Positions 60,585 to 64,000 of a stretch of 64,000 nucleotides of DNA are shown here, in pieces. The position numbers and the translations under genes are program-made. Position 1 is the first letter of the stretch; each line of letters begins with the position of its first letter. The stretch lies in the IMG/VR virus record IMGVR_UViG_3300027985_000918, positions 310,001 through 374,000 of that record; one strand, written 5' to 3'. The notes under the pieces were generated by a model. The model saw only the letters and a list, made by a program, of their open reading frames with translations, was not told the DNA's origin and searched no databases.

Positions 60585-61747
60585 TTCCGCAGCCAGGCCA
60601 TGACCACCAGGTACTTATCATCTCCCCGGTCCTCACGGAAACGAACGAACCCACTGGTCTTCCGAGTGTTGACACCGAATCGGAGAGTCGCACCGCTCGA
60701 ACCGGAAAGGACCTTCTGGAGACAAGTCACCGAGAGCTGGAACTCAGGGATGACAGCGTCGGGCTTGGTCTTAGACCCCCGCCCCTCTTCGGCCGGGGTG
60801 ATGTCGAGGGTCTTGAGATTTCCCGTCGTGGCAATCATCCCGAGTTGGATCGGGCTGTCGTTGTCCACCCGAGAGAAGAACAGCCGGTTGTCATCCTTGT
60901 CCGACCCGGACTCCAGGAACATGATGGCCGACTTCAGCTCGTCTCGGGGCAGCTCCCACCACCACTCGTCGTCCCAGTGCATCGGGAGAGACATCGTGGG
61001 GAACTGAGCCTGGTACTTGCTCTCCCCGAACACGGCACCATCCTTGCGCCGCAACAGGAACCCCCTGGGATGCTCCAAAATCTCCACCACTTCATCCGAA
61101 GGGAAAGACGCCAGGAACTTCAGAATGGGGCCAATGTCCTTGACGAACACCCGCAGGGTGCAGTTCTCCAACCCCTTGACAGAAATCTCACACCCCGCCT
61201 TCTTGTCGTTGGCGAGAAAAGACCCCTGGCGAATCTCCGTCACGCAGTGCTGGGGGCTGGAAGATTCCATCTTCAGGTCTCCCACGAACTGCCGGGAGAA
61301 GCTCAGGGCGTCTGCCAGGCGGCCCGCCTCGATGGTTGACGTAACCGTGACTTCCTCCATGAGGCCATCCCAGTAAGGAAACGCCTTGGGGTCCAAGGAG
61401 CGGAACTCCTGAGACCCCCTGGGAGCCTTGGCGGTGACCACCTTCTCATCGGAGTCGTAGATGAACTCCAATGTGGCATCCGACACCGACCTGAGCCACT
61501 GCTTCAGCCGCTCCCCCTCGATAGTGAACGCCTTGTCGGAGTCATCATCCAAATCCCCAACGGTGGCGACAAACGGGCAAGAGCTGGACAAGCGCCCCGA
61601 GAAGGTCAACACTTCGGCCTTCCCGTCCGTCCCCGCCAGAGGGCGGAAGACAAACTGAGAGGACAGCTCAGTGTCTGTCCCGGACATAGAGCTGGACACC
61701 ACAGTGAGGGCAGCATCCAGGTCCCTCTTGGCTACGCTGATCTTCAT
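60581..61747 (-). CDS. dnaN: DNA polymerase sliding clamp (beta subunit-like)
   Basis: MKISVAKRDL..AL..V, about 388 aa three-domain size, FPY, QFP, YLVVM C-terminus; close to dnaX. Confidence 0.75.
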   Translation of the reverse strand: MKISVAKRDLDAALTVVSSSMSGTDTELSSQFVFRPLAGTDGKAEVLTFSGRLSSSCPFVATVGDLDDDSDKAFTIEGERLKQWLRSVSDATLEFIYDSDEKVVTAKAPRGSQEFRSLDPKAFPYWDGLMEEVTVTSTIEAGRLADALSFSRQFVGDLKMESSSPQHCVTEIRQGSFLANDKKAGCEISVKGLENCTLRVFVKDIGPILKFLASFPSDEVVEILEHPRGFLLRRKDGAVFGESKYQAQFPTMSLPMHWDDEWWWELPRDELKSAIMFLESGSDKDDNRLFFSRVDNDSPIQLGMIATTGNLKTLDITPAEEGRGSKTKPDAVIPEFQLSVTCLQKVLSGSSGATLRFGVNTRKTSGFVRFREDRGDDKYLVVMAWLRK

Positions 61748-62022
61748 CACCCATCCTCCCGAAGGAATGGCGCCAGGTCCTTCTCTGCCTGAGACACCTT
61801 GTTTTCCAACTCTTCTACAGCGGTGTCGTATCGCTTCTGGAGCTTCGTAATGCTGTCGTCCAGATTGTCGGGCTCCAGGCCCTTGGAGCGGCACTCCTCC
61901 TCGATACGGGCCACTTCCTCCCGAGCTGCTTCAAGGCGGCCCTGGAGACGCTGGGTTTCCTTTGCCACGGCATCCCGCCTGGCAATTGCCTGGCTTAGAC
62001 GCTTCTTCCGGTCGTCACTCAT
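61747..62022 (-). CDS. Small coiled-coil protein
   Basis: Heptad-rich, 91 aa, translationally coupled. Confidence 0.65.
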   Translation of the reverse strand: MSDDRKKRLSQAIARRDAVAKETQRLQGRLEAAREEVARIEEECRSKGLEPDNLDDSITKLQKRYDTAVEELENKVSQAEKDLAPFLREDG

Positions 62023-62240
62023 TCCGCCCCCTGAAACCTTGGCACCCCGTACTTGTCGCACAGGGCGTCATCTTCTTCCTGGTTGAATGGGACCCCCATC
62101 GCAGAACGAATCTTCCTCATCTCGGACACCTTGTGACACCCCAGGCCGCAGAACTCTCCCCCATAGGGAGTGCTCGGGGCCGGAGTCACTAGCTGAGGCT
62201 TGCCGCACGCCATGCAGAATCTAGGTTGCCTACCCCACAT
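62019..62240 (-). CDS. Small zinc-finger protein
   Basis: CMACG...FCGLGC; start MWGRQ. Confidence 0.6.
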   Translation of the reverse strand: MWGRQPRFCMACGKPQLVTPAPSTPYGGEFCGLGCHKVSEMRKIRSAMGVPFNQEEDDALCDKYGVPRFQGAE

Positions 62241-62247
62241 GGTCCCT

Positions 62248-63357
62248 CTACCCCTCGACCGCCTTGGTACGACCCCCCGAACCGAAGGTGAAACGCTTGA
62301 CCCCATCCTTGGAAGGAAGGCTATCCAGGAGACCCGGGGCCTTGACCCTACGGTTGTCCTCCTTCTGGGCCTGACGAGCGGGACAGACTGACTCATAGTC
62401 ACACAGGTGGCAGTTGTCCGGCGACGGGCGGGCCTCAAACAGTTCCTTGTCCATACTCGTCCGAGCCTCCTTGGCTCGGTGGGCCAAACCCTTGAGGTCT
62501 TCCTTCGTGAAGGGAACCCAGATGACCCCCGGAGCGGGGTCCCGGCCCTCGTAATGGGCCAAGGCAATCCGCTTGCTCTTTCGGGTGTCCTCGGTGACGG
62601 TCATGTCCCCCGCCTCAGCCTTGTAGCGCTCGATCTCTTCCGCCCAGTCGTACCCCTCAGGGTAACGGAAATAGATGAACCCTAGCTTGTCGGGCATGAC
62701 CTTGTGGAACAGGTAGAAGCATAGGGCATACCAACGGAGCTGGTCGGGGTTCGTGTATGTGATGGGGACCTTCTTAGTGCGGTCCCAGTATTCCCGTCCG
62801 TTCTTGCCGTCGAGGATGATGATCCCCTTGTTCGGTTCGGAGTCTCGCCGGATGAGGAAGTCCATGCGCCCACCGACAGGGATAGAGTAGGGATTCCCCG
62901 CCTTATTCCTGGTCTTAAGTGTCCCCAGGTAGTTGACCTCGGACTGAGCGTAGGGTCCGATCAGCTTGTGGGCCTTGAACGTCCGCAGAAACCCCTTCAC
63001 CCCGTCGTTCACGATACGGAACATCTCCTCCCGGGTCATGTTGGCAACCCGCCAATCTACAAACCTCTGGGAGAGAGCCAGCTTGAACTGCTTCTCGATC
63101 TCCAGGTCCAGCCAATTCTTCAACTCAGCGGGGTACTGCCACCTCTTCTCGTTGTAGAACAGCTCCAGCACACCCTGGATAGCATCCCCCATCAAAGCGT
63201 GGTGTTCCGATTTCTTGACAGGGACCGGCTTCTTACGGCCCGGACCCCCACCCACGTCGATGTTGCCCCAGCCACGTCCCCAGAGGAAGCTCTGGGGGCA
63301 CTTCTCGTAGGTGTCGAGGCTGGACCAGTACAGAGTGAAAGGGCGCCGATCCATCAC
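62248..63357 (-). CDS. PD-(D/E)xK nuclease (RecB/AddB/Cas4-like, Fe-S staple)
   Basis: SSLDTYEKCP, GRMD...ILDGK, QLRWYA, CHLCDYESVC. Confidence 0.9.
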   Translation of the reverse strand: MMDRRPFTLYWSSLDTYEKCPQSFLWGRGWGNIDVGGGPGRKKPVPVKKSEHHALMGDAIQGVLELFYNEKRWQYPAELKNWLDLEIEKQFKLALSQRFVDWRVANMTREEMFRIVNDGVKGFLRTFKAHKLIGPYAQSEVNYLGTLKTRNKAGNPYSIPVGGRMDFLIRRDSEPNKGIIILDGKNGREYWDRTKKVPITYTNPDQLRWYALCFYLFHKVMPDKLGFIYFRYPEGYDWAEEIERYKAEAGDMTVTEDTRKSKRIALAHYEGRDPAPGVIWVPFTKEDLKGLAHRAKEARTSMDKELFEARPSPDNCHLCDYESVCPARQAQKEDNRRVKAPGLLDSLPSKDGVKRFTFGSGGRTKAVEG

Positions 63358-63986
63358 TTATCCTCCGACACGTCCAGGAGGACTGGGCCGGTCCTTCTGG
63401 TCTTAGCCACCGGGATGACATGCCTTCCCTGATCATCACGGAAAGGGTTGTGCAGCTTGATCTCGGAGGCTTCCTTCATGAGGGTCATAAGAACCATGCG
63501 GTTGGGGATCTCGGTGGGGTACTCCCCTCTCTCCGAGACCACCTCGTACCCGTCAATGTCCCTGGCCGTAAGGGTACCCAGACGAGTTACCTGCCGGAAC
63601 TCCATCGACACCTGGAAGCCGGCACGCCCGCTTGGGAGCGGCTCTGCCATGAGCTTCCGGTATACGTAGGTGATGAGGGATGTGTCCTGACCGGCAGCGT
63701 GGGCCTGGTTGTCTGAGAGAGACCGGAACTCCTTTTGGAGGGAGTCACAGGTGTCCATGAACGCCTGCTCGGCGTCCTCCACAGACTGGCCCTCCTGCCA
63801 GGAGGAACGGCGGACCAAGACCCGGGGGGTCGAAGGGGCCTTCCCCAACACAAGATGGTCCTTGAACTCATCTGCATCGAAAGCGGGGCGGACTCGCCCG
63901 ACAATGACGGCATCGGGGATCAGCATGTCCTCGGGGAGGGCGATCTCCCCAGACTCCATCTGCTTGACCATGCTGTCCCCGTACAC
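63354..63986 (-). CDS. Hypothetical protein
   Basis: 210-aa ORF coupled to the nuclease gene; start uncertain near the window edge. Confidence 0.6.
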   Translation of the reverse strand: MYGDSMVKQMESGEIALPEDMLIPDAVIVGRVRPAFDADEFKDHLVLGKAPSTPRVLVRRSSWQEGQSVEDAEQAFMDTCDSLQKEFRSLSDNQAHAAGQDTSLITYVYRKLMAEPLPSGRAGFQVSMEFRQVTRLGTLTARDIDGYEVVSERGEYPTEIPNRMVLMTLMKEASEIKLHNPFRDDQGRHVIPVAKTRRTGPVLLDVSEDK

Positions 63987-64000
63987 CGAGCGCAGGGTCT

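Noticed and set aside
62248-63357. Cas4 as evidence of a CRISPR-Cas system
   Set aside because: Stand-alone PD-(D/E)xK nucleases with an Fe-S staple are common in phage replication modules; no array or other cas genes.
1-64000. Stop-codon reassignment, tRNA genes, integrase/att sites, DGR or retron reverse transcriptase
   Set aside because: Conserved genes are intact in code 11 and end in TAA, TAG or TGA; no cloverleaf, standalone recombinase or RT motifs seen by eye (tRNAscan not run).

Overview
The whole 64 kb window looks like part of a large, GC-rich tailed dsDNA phage genome. It reads in the standard genetic code, and I saw no host-type rRNA, tRNA, CRISPR array or integrase. The left part (~0.6-12 kb and 24-29 kb) holds nucleotide-metabolism and accessory genes: ThyX, dCMP deaminase, MazG-like, Nudix, PhoH, radical SAM, vWA, a tRNA nucleotidyltransferase, two GIY-YIG nucleases and a metallophosphoesterase. 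The centre (12-54.5 kb, minus strand) is a late morphogenesis region: terminase, portal, a 1706-aa multi-enzyme protein, prohead protease, acidic scaffold, decoration protein, HK97-type major capsid protein, three paralogous structural proteins and an intein-containing virion protein. The right part (54.5-64 kb) has a NusG paralog next to a tandem sigma-region-4 HTH protein, then a bacterial-type replication cluster (DnaX, Toprim primase, beta clamp, half SbcC, PD-(D/E)xK nuclease). Main hypothesis: a virion cargo-addressing and processing system. Unrelated late proteins share short helical tags (R-[VLI]-[AS]-x-x-[YWFH] and LxxxLxKLAxxxPxxRxxLxPxL) next to K/R-x-A sites. The same tags separate the enzyme domains (Acb1-like 2H phosphoesterase, zincin, SH3-like, topoisomerase IB) of the giant protein, which suggests a protease-processed polyprotein delivered by the virion. 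Other highlights: two phage-specific promoter classes read from intergenic DNA (RRT-N8-TAT-N12/13-RTR at 12 sites, GGTAAC-N16/17-GTAR at 5 sites), a Csx20-like candidate ring nuclease, an EF-hand in the scaffold and a truncated capsid paralog. All family assignments come from motif recognition by eye; no database searches were run.
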